DNA of 64,000 nucleotides from Octopus sinensis (lineage: Eukaryota). Where the stretch lies: assembly GCF_006345805.1 (NCBI RefSeq), contig NC_043009.1, forward strand, positions 55,056,001 to 55,120,000, in the 5' to 3' direction. Shown here in pieces: positions 40,401 to 53,500 of the stretch. The translations under genes and the position numbers were made by a program. The notes under the pieces are model-generated. The model saw nothing but the letters and a program-made list of their open reading frames with translations. It did not search any database and was not told the DNA's origin. Each line of letters opens with the position of its first letter. Positions within the stretch are counted from its first letter, which is position 1.

Positions 40401-43400
40401 TCCACTCATAAGACTTTGGTTGGCCTGAGACGATAGTAGTAGACACTTGCCCAAGATGCCATGCATTGGGACTAATCCTGGAACCATGTGGATAGGAAGC
40501 AAACGTCTATCACACAACCAATCTTGCACCTGTGTGTGTTTGTTTGTTCCCTATAACTTAACAGTTTAGAAAGAAAAATCTGATAGACCAAGCTTGAGTC
40601 AATTTGTCTGACTTAAAATCCTTCAAAGGCTGTGAATGCCCCAGTATGATGGGGCACCTACAGTATCTGAAACAAGTAAGAAGATAGAAGATACAATAAT
40701 AATATAAATAAAAGCAAGTAGAGGACACCAAAAACCATTTATGCTCAATAACTAAGTATTTTTTATGTGTTCTACAAGTTTGTAATACAGAGAATATGTC
40801 CTACTTGAATTTTGAGAAATGTTGCACATATTAGTGCAACCACAAATATGCCATAATTTTACATCTTCTTTTCCATGCTGGTATGGGTTGGAATAGTTTC
40901 CTTTTTTTTTTCTTTTTTTTTTTTTTTTGGTTAAGGCAGTGTTTTACAGTTAGGATATGCCATCGTGATGCTAGCTCTTTCAATCATTTCTTATAGTGTG
41001 TTGGGCTAAAACCCAGATATATGCACTCTATATATTTGTGAGTGTATTCGTGCATAGGTTGGTGGTGAAGGGTAGTCTGGTTAAAGAATCCTGTCCTGGG
41101 CCGAGTTTGTGCACTTTTGCAAACTTTGAGCTGCCTTAGACTTGTGATGACAGAAATTTGAAATTCATGGGATGCTACTGCTAGTGGGTGGTTGTAAATG
41201 AATGTCACCATCATGCAAGTGCTGTTCTTCATTTCCAAACTTCTGTGAAAACAGATTTAGTCATTGGGAAATATTAGCTTACTTAGCAACAGGTGAGGGT
41301 GATGAGAGGAAAGGCATCAAGCCATAGAAAATCCACGTCAAACCATATGAAAGGTTTCTGAATATGGAGAATGTGTAGGGGAGATAGGGACTACTCCAAG
41401 TAACTCCATCCAGCTGTGAAGTTTGATAGTATCTAAGGATATGAAAGGGAAGCCAACCAGACCATCTAAGATAGTTACTGAGACACTAAAAATATCCCAT
41501 GATGTAGAGTTAGGGCACATGCTAATCACTTACATGGACAGTTAGGTAGTAGAGGTAAATGTTGGTGTTTGCCTCAATAACTGAATGAGATGAAGGATAG
41601 TTACCACAGATGATCTCTACATATTGGTTTCAAATTTTGGCACAAGGCTATTAATCTCGGGGAAGGGGGTTAAGTCAATTTGATTGACCCCAGTGTTCAA
41701 CTGGTACTTATTTTATCAACCTATAAAAGATAAAGGACAAAATCAACCATGGCAACATTTGAAGTCAGGCAAAATGCTTGGTGGCATTTTGCCCAGCATG
41801 CTAAAGATTCTGCCATCTTGCTGCCTTCTAGATGCCCTCTTCATATTGATGCAACTTCAGAGTTTTAATCCACTGGCTCTCCAGGTTTAGGGATTGGATA
41901 CAGGGTTAACATCACCACCATCATCATCAACTACGAGTTCTAGGAGTGATAAGGCTGATTTCCCAGTTTGCATGGCATCTAAGCAGCCAAGATCACAACA
42001 TTCCTGTTGAACAAGATGCCAGTCTGTCACAGGGTTTCTTATTTACAGAATGAACTGGAGCAACATGAAATAAAGTGTTTTGCTCAAGAGAACAATGCCC
42101 CGTCCAGTCTGGGAATCGAAACCACAATTTTGTGATTATGAGTGCAATAATCACTGGGCCACATGCCTTCATACTAACAACCAAGTCTTATAATAATAGC
42201 TTTGTTACAGAAACAGTAACAAAACAAGTCAACACAATTGTATACAGAGGACTTCCAGAGTTGAAAATCTTCATTTCTGCTTTACAGACCAAAAAAGTGG
42301 GGTAGTTGTGTGAAAATGTGATATTGCATATTAGTAAAGCATAATTAACCAATTAACTTTGTAACTGACTTTCTTGACTTCATTCTGACAAATGTCCAAA
42401 AATGTATTTTACACAATCCAGTTTTCCTATTAACTAGTAATTAGTCATTGTTACATTATTTTTTGTCTTTCTTTTTCTCTTCCTTTTATCTTCTTCCTCT
42501 TACCCACTCAAACACTGCTAGGTTTTCAACTCGTAACCCTTACAACAGTAGCAACTAATATCTCAATAATTAAAAAGGCTACCTCTATGTAGTAACTCTA
42601 CTTGCTGGAAATGGCTGTCAATTCTCTGTCAAATTAAACACTGTATCAACCAGATTATCAGATGTTTTTATACACCACTGATCACAATGTGCTTTAAATT
42701 CTCTTTTGACTGCACCCTTCTTTTCCATCTTAGCTTAATGTCTTCAGGGAGCAGGTAGGGGCTCTGCATGGCCTTTTCCGATCTCTTGGATACTGCTCAG
42801 CAACTGCACAGGTCCACCTGTTGTCTGTGAACGATGTGACATGTCTAGCCTAGCAGTACTGGTACTTTCAGTATTCTGCAGTCCTGCTCACTCCATTCCA
42901 TTATTGAATTACTTTGTTTCATCGTCATCATCATCATCATCGTTTAACGTCCGTTTTCCATGCTAGCATGGGTTGGACGGTTCGACTGAGGTCTGGGAAG
43001 CCAGGAGGCTGCACCAGGCTCCAGTCTGATCTGGCAGTGTTTCTACAGCTGGATGCCCTTCCTAATGCCAACCACTCCGTGAGTGTAGTGGGTGCTTTTT
43101 ACGTGCCACCGGCACAGAAGCCAGTCAAGGCGGCGCTGGCATTGGCCACGTTCGGATGGCACTTTTTACGTGCCACCGACACAGAAGCCAGTCGAGGCGG
43201 CGCTGGCATCGGCCACGTTCGGATGGTGCTTTTTACGTGCCACCGACACAGAAGCCAGTCAAGGCGGCGCTGGCATCGGCCACGTTCGGATGGTGCTTTT
43301 TACATGCCAGCGGCGCAGAAGCCAGTCAAGGTGACGCTGGCATCGGTGGATATGATATTCCTAGAACAGATCTTTCCATGGCCTTTTTTTTTGTCATAGC

Positions 43401-44486
43401 TAATTGATGTTTTCCCCACATTTCGTAGCAGCCCATTTGCATATAAAAGCACAGGTAAGACGGTGCTATTGAAGAGACTGGCACATATGGCGGTGCCCCA
43501 GCTTTGCATTCGGCACATGTTTTACATCATGTCCTTAGTCTCTGAGATTTCAGCATCCATATCTGTTATAAAAGCATAGGTAAACATAGAGGGCTAGATA
43601 TGAAATGCTCAAGAGATGAACAGGATGGTCATACTGGAGCAGTTTTGATTATTGGTCTGTTCAGTTTGGAATAAAGTGAACTTAACAACTACCACCATTA
43701 CATTTCAGCCTTTTTGATTTCTAAATATATTTCCACTTTATTTCCTATCTTTCTCCATCAACATAAGTCAGTGTATGTAACTAAATCTGCTACATTTATG
43801 TGACTCTATTGTGAAATACCAGTAATGTCATTGTGTCACATCACACACACACACACATACACATCTTTTGTTGTTGATGTTATGTTGTTTTTTTTAAAAT
43901 TTATTTATCTGTTCATTGTCCTATTTTGCATGGTTATATTTTATGACTTGTGATGACTGTTCAACAACCTGCATTAATTGAATGACAGATTGTTTTTGTT
44001 ATTGTTTATTTTATTTTTTCCCTTTCGTTTTTTTAAACTTTGGAAATATTGTCTACATTTCATTTCCACAAAAGATCGTAGATATTGTCAACATCATCAT
44101 CATCACATCTAATTTTTTTCTATGCTTGCAAGCCCTGTATGTATTTTCTCCCCTTTAATGTTTTATGACTTGTTGCAGCTCTTTTTCATCTCCCTTGGGA
44201 GGTTCAAGCACCCTGAGATCACCCCTTGCCACTCTTTCCTCTGTTTTCTTTGGAATTCTTACTCTCTCTCTCTCTCTCTTTACTCTTTTACTTGTTTCAG
44301 TCATTTGACTGTGGCCATGCTGGAGCACCGCCTCCGGTCGAGCAACTCGACCCCGGGACTTATTGTTTTTGTAAGCCCAGTACTTATTCTATCGGTCTCT
44401 TTTGCCAAACCGCTAAGCAACGGGGACGTAAACACACCAGCATTATTGGTTGTCAAGCAATGCTAGGAGGACAAACACACACACGC

Positions 44487-44517
<31 letters not shown>

Positions 44518-47500
44518 TACGATGGGCTTCTTTCAGTTTCCCTCTACCAAATCCACTCACAAGGCTTTGGTCGACCCAAGGCTATAGTAGAAGACACTTG
44601 CCCAAGGTGCCATGCAGTGGGACTGAACCCGAAACCATGTGGTTGGTAAACAAGCTACTTGCCACACAGCCACTCCTGCGCCTGCAGTTTTTTTTTTTTC
44701 TCCTACTTGGAATACTCGACACACCCTCATTTAACTTGCATATCATCTCTATTTGTCTGTACCTGCTCTGTCTTCTCTCTTGATTACTTCAGTTGATTCC
44801 TCTTAGATTCACTTTTTTTTTCAGCTAATTTCCACTCTGTCATTTATTCTCACTACTCTTATCCATCCAACAGATTGTGCTTGTCTCATTTCTTTCCTGC
44901 CTCCAAACGCATCTTCTGCATTCACTGGCCGTCTTTTGCTACCAATGCAACACCGTTTGATATGTAAGCATCACACAATATGCTAATCCCTTGCGTAGGG
45001 AATCCCTTTGTTACCAGCAGCAGTAACAGCTCACTCCTTGTTTTACATCTAATCCTTATTCTAACTGCTAAGTTCTCAGATCACCTTCCTCCATTGTCAA
45101 TTTTGTCACCTAGGTTACAGAAGCTATCAATTACTCCTATGGAATCCTCCAAACATTTGAGAATTTATTCAATGAGTCAAAATATGTTTCTATGAAACCC
45201 TCTTGTAGGGCAGCACTATACTGACTACTCTGACATATATAGTGGCTAATGGGCACAGTACAAGAAATGAAGAGAAATCAAGGCTCTTGGAATCTTGTAA
45301 TGTAAATGGCCTAACCATTTACAACATTAACTCAAGGAAACTAACTTGCTACTTGATCATCTTTTAATCAGGTGAACATGTAAGCCAGATAGATTTCATA
45401 CTGTCCAGGAAATTGGGCAGGCAACTGGTTATGAATTGTCTTTCATATACCACTCAACATAGGTTAGTGATTAGTGACACCAGAGCAAGAGCTAGACAAA
45501 CCTAGATATATATGAAAATGGGGAAACTGAAAGATCCCTCTGCAGAGAGATTCTAGATGATGTGTATATGGAGGAGGAGGAAGAGACAGTAGGAAATTTA
45601 TAAGAGACTTTTTACTGCAGGAAATTAAGCAAGCTATAACAGCTAAGAAGCACATCTGAGGAAAATGGATTGAAAGGAACATTATCTGGTGTAAAAGTAA
45701 TCAGATATAGTAAAGCAAAACAGAATACTGCACTGACATAAGCATGATGTATATGGGGGATGATAGATGAGTTAAAAAAAGCTAAGAGAATAAAATGAGA
45801 AAAACCTGTGGAAGAAAAAGTCTAACAAAGATATGGGAAGAAGTGATGGCAGTTAATCTTAGGAGATATGACAAGTGACTGCAACATGTAAGCAGGGGAA
45901 AATAGGCATAAAAATATGATAATGGTGATTATGCATTGACTGCTTACTCTTGCATATCTGCTACATACGAAGCCCTTCTTTTCTATCAGCCAGTCTATGA
46001 TCCCACTGCATATCTTGTACACACACCCATAGTATTGAGAGCAGCATATGGAATCTCTACAGACTTTTCTGCATATCAAGCATGGCTACTTTCCATGATA
46101 TTAGCAGAGTCTTGTCTTCCTTGCTAATTAAAACTTTTGCCTTAGCTATGTTTATTTTACCAAGACCTCAAAACTTACAGGACCGGTTACCCAGTTTCCT
46201 TGTCATACAAGTGACTGAGATTACAACATTCCCCTCTGAACTGGACACCAGTCCATCACAGGATTACTCATTCACAACTGAGTGGACTGAAGCAACATGA
46301 AACAGTGTCTTGCTCTCAAGAACACAATACACTGCCCTGTCCAGGAATTGAAACTTATGGTGTTGAGTGCTGCACCCTAGCCACTAGGCCATCCATCTGG
46401 ATACTTTCCCTACCTTCATATTCTTAATGGTTTCTTTTCATTGTCAGTGGCCGGCTTCCCTATTGAGTATACTTGGACGATTCTAGTTCTTCTCTTTCCT
46501 TCAAATTCTCCTCATTCAGTAACTTTGTGTTGTAGCATTTCTATGTTTCCTCTTCCTTCTCAATGCCACTGAGGTGGAGTACATTGCTATCAGTAGTTAA
46601 ACACTTCTCATCAACAGTGTCTCCTGATTCATACTGATACACTACTTCGCAGCACCTCATGTCCAGCACCTCATACCTCACATCGCAGAACATTGGTAAA
46701 CTCTTAATTTCAGTTTTTCTTCTAACTACTTGATTATCGTTCTCAGCTCCTCAACTGCCATTCTTTCCATTTCTCTACCATTGCACCACCATATCACCTT
46801 CCACTTGGTTGGTACCTTACTCTGTCCCCACAGATTTTGTCTTTGGCTCGTAGCAAATTGTCTGGTAGAAATTCCCAGTTGTCTTGTGTTATAGGGATCT
46901 CCTCCTCCCCCTCCCACATTCCTCTTCGACATGCATATCATTACATATTCGTTTCACATTTTAGCCCCAAACTCAGCAATTATGGGGAATGGGGTAAGTC
47001 AGTTACATCATCAGCCCCAATGCTCAATTGGTACTTATTTTATTGACCCCCAAAACAATGAGAGGCAAAGTTGGCCTCAGCAGAATTTGAACTTGGAACA
47101 TAAAATCAAACGAAATACTGCTAAGCATTTTGTTTGATGTGCTAATGATTCAGCCAGCTCACCTCCTTATGCATATCACTCACATATTGCAGAGGGATCT
47201 TTCAGTTTCCATGCCTACCTTCTTCGTGTTGTCTTGTATCTCTGCCTCTCTCTCTCTCTGTTTCTCATGTAACTAACCACTGGTCAATATTGCTGAATAA
47301 ATTTTCACCAAATAAAGACTTACACAACCAGCCATCTGTTTTGTTTCTGTTTCATTTCCTGGCGAGTATGAAGTGTAGCTGCTCTGTGTACTTGTCTGAG
47401 TGTTGGGTGATAAGGCAAATGACCAGTTTTTGGAAATTGTTATAAAGGTTGAGTAGGCCATTTGCATCACAGACATCCAAGAAACTTAATCATTTGGAGT

Positions 47501-50500
47501 CTTGATTTGGAATTAATGTATGTTTGTGTATACATTTGCAAATTAGTCTCTCTATATTTGCTCTGCATATGTATAGAGTTTTTACATTTTACTTCTTTTA
47601 AATTGTAAGCAAAACTATGGTTTATGTATATTTAATTTACCAGGTATGAAAAATTCAGATTTCTACCATCCTTCTTGCTTAATAGTGGAATGGAAACAAA
47701 TTGTCTGTTTGTTGGTCAGGTCAACTGTAGCTCAAGTAAATAATGATTTTATAATCAATGACATTGCCACAAAGCTATATTGAGCCTTGCACTTATGACT
47801 TAAAAGCTTGTATTAATAGATGAGTACAGGTATGGCTAAGTAATTAAGAAGTTTGCTTCACAAACATATGGTTTCTGGTTCACTCTCACTGTGCAACACC
47901 TTTGGTTAGGAGCCTCTACTATAGCCACTGGTCTACTAATACTACGTAAATGGAATTGTGTTGACTGAATCTTTGCAAAAGTTTGTGTGTATTTGACTGA
48001 TTTATATTAGTGGAGGAGATAAACATATTGAAAAAAAACTGAAAAGGCTGGTGCCTTGAGATGTTTTCTGCAATGAATTACAAACACTGCCTTCTCATTC
48101 GGACATTCAGAAATGTAGTGAGCCATTGATAGCCCATTGAAACCTGTAACCTGTGAATTATTATTCACTGGTTGCTACTTAAATATATAGATGTGAATAT
48201 GGCCATCTGTTGAACTTGCTTTTGCATTTTCTTTCGTAGATTTCTGCATAACATTGTAATAATGTGCAAATTTCTTTGAAATTAAACCAGGTTTATTTTT
48301 TCATAGTATAGCGGCTTTTCTTTTCATTATGTATCAGGCAAGCTTCTGATAGCATATAGAGCCTCCAAACACTTGCTTAATTACTAGAAATAGCATTCGT
48401 TAAACATTCTAGAACTATTTTACTAATGTACCAAAATTTTCAGCAATTTAACCCCGTAGCACTCAAATTAATCTGCCAAATGTAAAGCTTATTTATTCAT
48501 ATTGTTTTGAAATTTTGATATTATTGTCTATTTTTAGAATGGCATTGTATGGTTAGATCAGGCCAGTTTGAACATAAAAACAGGAGGCATATTTTGGCCA
48601 GATGTAGCTGGTTTAAATGCTAAAGAGTTCAAAGGTCTTCAACTAATGCCTTCAGTGAAGATAAGTGGACTAGCGGTTGAAGAAGTATGGCAATCATAAT
48701 CTCAAGATTGTGATTTTGATTACCCAAACTAGGGGGTGGGGGTACTTTAGCAAGACATTTCATTTCACATTGCTCCAGTCCTCTTGGCTGTAAATGAGTA
48801 ACCACACAATGGACTGGCATCCCATTCAGGGGAAATGTTATCATTTAACCCTTTTATTACCAACCCGGCTCTGGCTCTGAGTACAAATGTCTCATTTTCA
48901 AAAGTTCTAAATTAAAATCTTCCACCAAACCTTAGTCACAATTCATGTTCCTAACACTAGCTTAATGATAACCAAGTAATTTTACCAAATTCTTTGTTAT
49001 ATTTAAAGTAATTGAAAGAAACACAGAACATCTCAAAATAAATATAGTAATGAAAGGGTTAAGTCATTTATACATCACAGAAGCCAGGTAAGCAACCTTC
49101 TCAGTGCTAGGACTTGAGACAGTGATATCCATGGGTTGGTGATGAAGAACCAATGCCTTTCATTACAATCAGACAGATGCTTGTATTTAATCTGGAAGCT
49201 AACCAGTTTACTACGGTGTTAGCTTGGCAACTTAATGCTGATTACAGTTTGTCTCCTGCTATACATTTTTTGCTAACTACCTTAAATTAAAAATAGAGTA
49301 AAGTTACCTTTTCGAGTCATACCAACTCATAAGGGCCGTTTTTGTAGCGTAGAAATTCCTCACCTGGACAGGGCACTGGTCTGTTGCAGGATTACTCATT
49401 TTTGCCAGCTGAGTGGACTGGAGCAACATGAAATGAAATGTTTTGCTCAAGAACACAATGCATTGCACTGTCCAAGAATCGAAACCACAATCTTACAATC
49501 ATGAGTCCAACACGCTTACCACTTAGCCATGTGCCTCCTTACTAGCTACCATACATAGGTACTACTCCCCATTATGGAGAACAGGGGCATTGTATTTAAA
49601 GAATTGACGTGAACTAATTGTTAGGGAGCATGCTTCCTAATTACATGGTTTCGGGTTCAGTCCCACTGCATGGCACTTTGGGTAGGTGTCTTCTGCTATA
49701 GCCCCAAGCTGACCAAAGCTTTTTGATTGAATTCGGTAGGCTGAAAGTTAGTTCGTGTAGGTGCTTGTGCCTATCCGAAAGAGAGAGAGAGAGAGGGGAA
49801 TAGATATTGTTTATCATCATTGTTTTGTTTTTATATCCATTTTTCCATACTTGAGTAGGTTGGGTGAGTATAATTATCAAGGCATTGTATGATAGTGGGA
49901 TACCTTTCTTGTTTCTAACCCTTACCTGTTTTTCACGTTGAGGATTTCTTTTATTTCATACATCTTTAATAGTCCAAAGCCAGCAGAGAATCTGTTGACC
50001 AGAAAAATGACAGCAGTGTCTCTGCTACTAGCAGAGTTGTTTTCAGAGATGCACAGATGTAAACAAACTCACACGCCTGTGTGTGTGTGCACATGACTGC
50101 TATTGTTATGCTCAGAGCTCCAGGTAGCTTATCCTATTCCAGTCTGCTCCCAGTATAGTGATTAAGTAACTATTATACTTAGTTGTATTACTAGTTATGA
50201 AATGCAGAGCAAATGTAGGAGAAATTAAAATAAACACACAAGTCAGTTTATTAGTTCCTATGTACATTCCACCATTGTGGTTGCTTGGAAACCCTGCATT
50301 GGGGGTTCCAAGTGCTTTTGGATGCTTAACTAGAATGGATCATCAGGGAACACTTTATAACTTTAAGTTACAGAAAACTAATTGTCATTAGTCCTGTAAC
50401 ACACATTCACACACTCACACTGACACACACGTGAGGCTTCTTTCAGTTTCTGTCCTGTAAATCTACCCATAAGGTTTTGGTCAGCCTGAGGCTATAGTAG

Positions 50501-53500
50501 AAGATTATACCCAAGATGTGGTGCCCAAACTTCTCAAACCGCACGGCCAAGCCTGCACCTATCTCTATTATTTTGTATAAATAATGTATGCATAAAAGAT
50601 TAACTTGACAGCTACAAGTATACTAACTCAAACAACCTCTGTTCTGTTTACTCAGTCTCTTTCCCCAACTTTTATCTCAACAGTGGAGGCAGATATAATA
50701 TTCTATTATATCTTTTTTTTTTCTATTCTGAATTTAAATCCCAGCATGTGTGTGGCTGTTGATATTGCTCTTTCAGCCTGTCAAGTACCAGTAACATATT
50801 GGGATTGAGACAAGTAGAGAAACTAATAATGACATAACAGATTAGTATAAGAAAAGGAAACTCCTGAGTTTTCACTGTTGCTTAAGTCATTCATCATCAT
50901 CATCATCGTTTAATGTCCGCTATTTTGTAAATCATCATCATCATCATCATCATTTAGCGTCCGTTTTCCATGCTAGCATGGGTTGGACGGTTCTACTGGG
51001 GTCTGTGAAGCCAGAAGGCTTCATCAGGCCCAGTCAAATCTGGCAGTGTTTCTACGGCTGGATGCCCTTCCTAACGCCAACCACTCCGTGAGTGTAGTGG
51101 GTGCTTTTTACATGCCACCCGCACTGGTGCCAGACAGAGCTGGCAAACGGCCACGAACGGATGGTGCTTTTTATGTGCCACCGGCACGAGGGCCAGGCGA
51201 GGCTGGCAACGGACACGAAACGGGGCGGTGCTGGCAACGGTCGCGAAACGGAAAGTTCTCTTACATGCCACCGGCACTGGTAACACATCTGCAATTTCCA
51301 TTGATCGATTTCCATTGATCGATTTCGATTCTGATCCTCACTTGCCTCAACACGTCTTCACAAGTAGAGTTTTGTGTCCCAAGAAGGGAAGGTATGCATA
51401 CGTAGGCTGGCTCCATCCCATGTAGAAGGCCACGGGTTGTGGACTCACTTGTCCTGCCGGGTCTTCTCGCGCACAGCACACTTCCAGAGGTCTCGGTCTC
51501 TAGTCATTTCCTCAGTGAGACCTAAAGTTCGAAGGTCGTGCTTCACCACCTCGTCCCAGGTTTTCCTGGGTCTGCCTCTTCCACAGGTTCCCTCAACCGC
51601 TAGGGTGTGGCACTTTTTCACACAACTATCTTCATCCATTCTCGCCACATGACCATACCAGCGCAAACGTCTCTCTTGCACACCACAACTGATGCTTCTT
51701 AGGTCCAGCTTTTCTCTCAAGGTACTTACACTCTGCCGAGTGTGAGTACCGGCATTACACATCCATCGGAGCATACTGGCTTCGTTTCTAGCGAGCTTAT
51801 GCATATCCTCAGCAGTCACGGCCCATGTTTCACTGCCATGTAGCATGGCTGTTCGTACACACGCATCATACAGTCTGCCTTTCACTCTTGTGCGAGAGGC
51901 CTTTTGTCACCAGCAGAGGTAAGAGCTCTCTGAACTTTGCCCAAGCTATTCTTACTCTAGCAGTTACACTTTCAGCACACCCGCCCCCGCTGCTGACTTG
52001 GTCACCTAGGTAACGGAAACTATCAACTATTTCTAGTTTTTCTCCCTGGAAAGTGACGGAAGTTGGTCTCAGAGCATTTTCAGTGTTTATTGTTCCTGAG
52101 CATCTGCCACATACAAAAACCATCTTCCTAGTTAGCCTTCCTTTGACATTGCTGCATCTCTTATGTGTCCATAGCTTACACTTGGTGCATCTTATAGAGT
52201 TTCTACCTACACCTTTTCTACAGATCGAGCAGGGCCATCTACCTGAAGGTGTTTGTGATTTGTCTACCTTCCTACTGATTACGACTTTGGTTTTAGCTAG
52301 ATTGACTCTGAGGCCCTTCGATTCTAATCCTTGTTTCCACACCTGAAACTTCTCCTCCAGTTCTGATAGCGACTCAGCAATTAGAGCAAGGTCATCAGCA
52401 TAGAGGAGCTCCCAAGGGCATCCTGTCTTGAATTCCTCCGTTATTGCCTGGAGGACTATGATAAATAGGAGGGGCTGAGTACTGAGCCTTGGTGGACCCC
52501 TACCTCTACCCGGAATTCTTCACTGTACTCATTTCCAACCCTCACCCTACTAGCGGCGTCCCTATACATGGCCCGCACAGCTCTCACTAACCATTCATCT
52601 ATCCCTAGTTTTCTCATTGCCCACCAGATAAGGGATCGGGGGACCCTGTCGAAGGCTTTCTCCATGTCAACAAAAGCCAGGTACAGGGGCTTATCTTTGG
52701 CTAGGTATTTCTCCTGCAGCTGCCTTACCAGGAATATAGCATCAGTAGTACTTTTCCCTGGCACAAACCCAAACTGCATCTCATCTAAACTAACTCTCTC
52801 TCTAATTAGTTGGGCTATGACCCTCTCCGTAACCTTCATCACCTGGTCCAACAGCTTGATACCTCTGTAGTTATTTGTATCTAGGGCATTACCTTTACCT
52901 TTGTAGCAGTTGACTATTATACTGCTACACCAGTCATTGGGTATGACCCCTTTGTGTATCACCTGATTAACTATATGGGTGACTAGGCTATAGCCGACAC
53001 TACCAGACATTTTGAGCATCTCTGCAGTGATTCCTGATGGGCCTGGGGCTTTCCCTGTCTTCATGCTTCTAATTGCCTTAGCTACCACAGAACTATCAAC
53101 TCGGATAGCTGGTCCCTCTGTTGGGTCAACATTCGGCAGACTCTCTTTATCCCATTCATTTTTCATTCAGCAACCTTTCATAGTGGCATCTCCAAACCTC
53201 TCTCTTTGCATCCTCATTTAGCGCAAGTGAACCATCTTCCATGCGAACACACTTCTCTCCTACCACATCACGATTCTCTCTCACACACTGTCTTGCAACA
53301 CGAAACACCTCCAGTCTTTGGTCCTCACGGCGCAGAACATTGGCAAATTTTTTCTTATCTGCTTCCCCTCTGGCTAAATAAACCTGTCTCCTAGCTTCTC
53401 TTTTGGCAGTCTGATACAATTCCCTGCTACCCCATTTTTCCAGACCTTCCAAGCCTGTCTCTTTTCTTTATAGCCCTGTCTACAATATTGTTCCACCACC

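Noticed and set aside
42914-43407. Repeat-spacer array resembling CRISPR, and ORFs across it
   Set aside because: The spacers are near-identical rather than unique, the array is inside a LINE 3'UTR, the genome is eukaryotic and there are no cas genes
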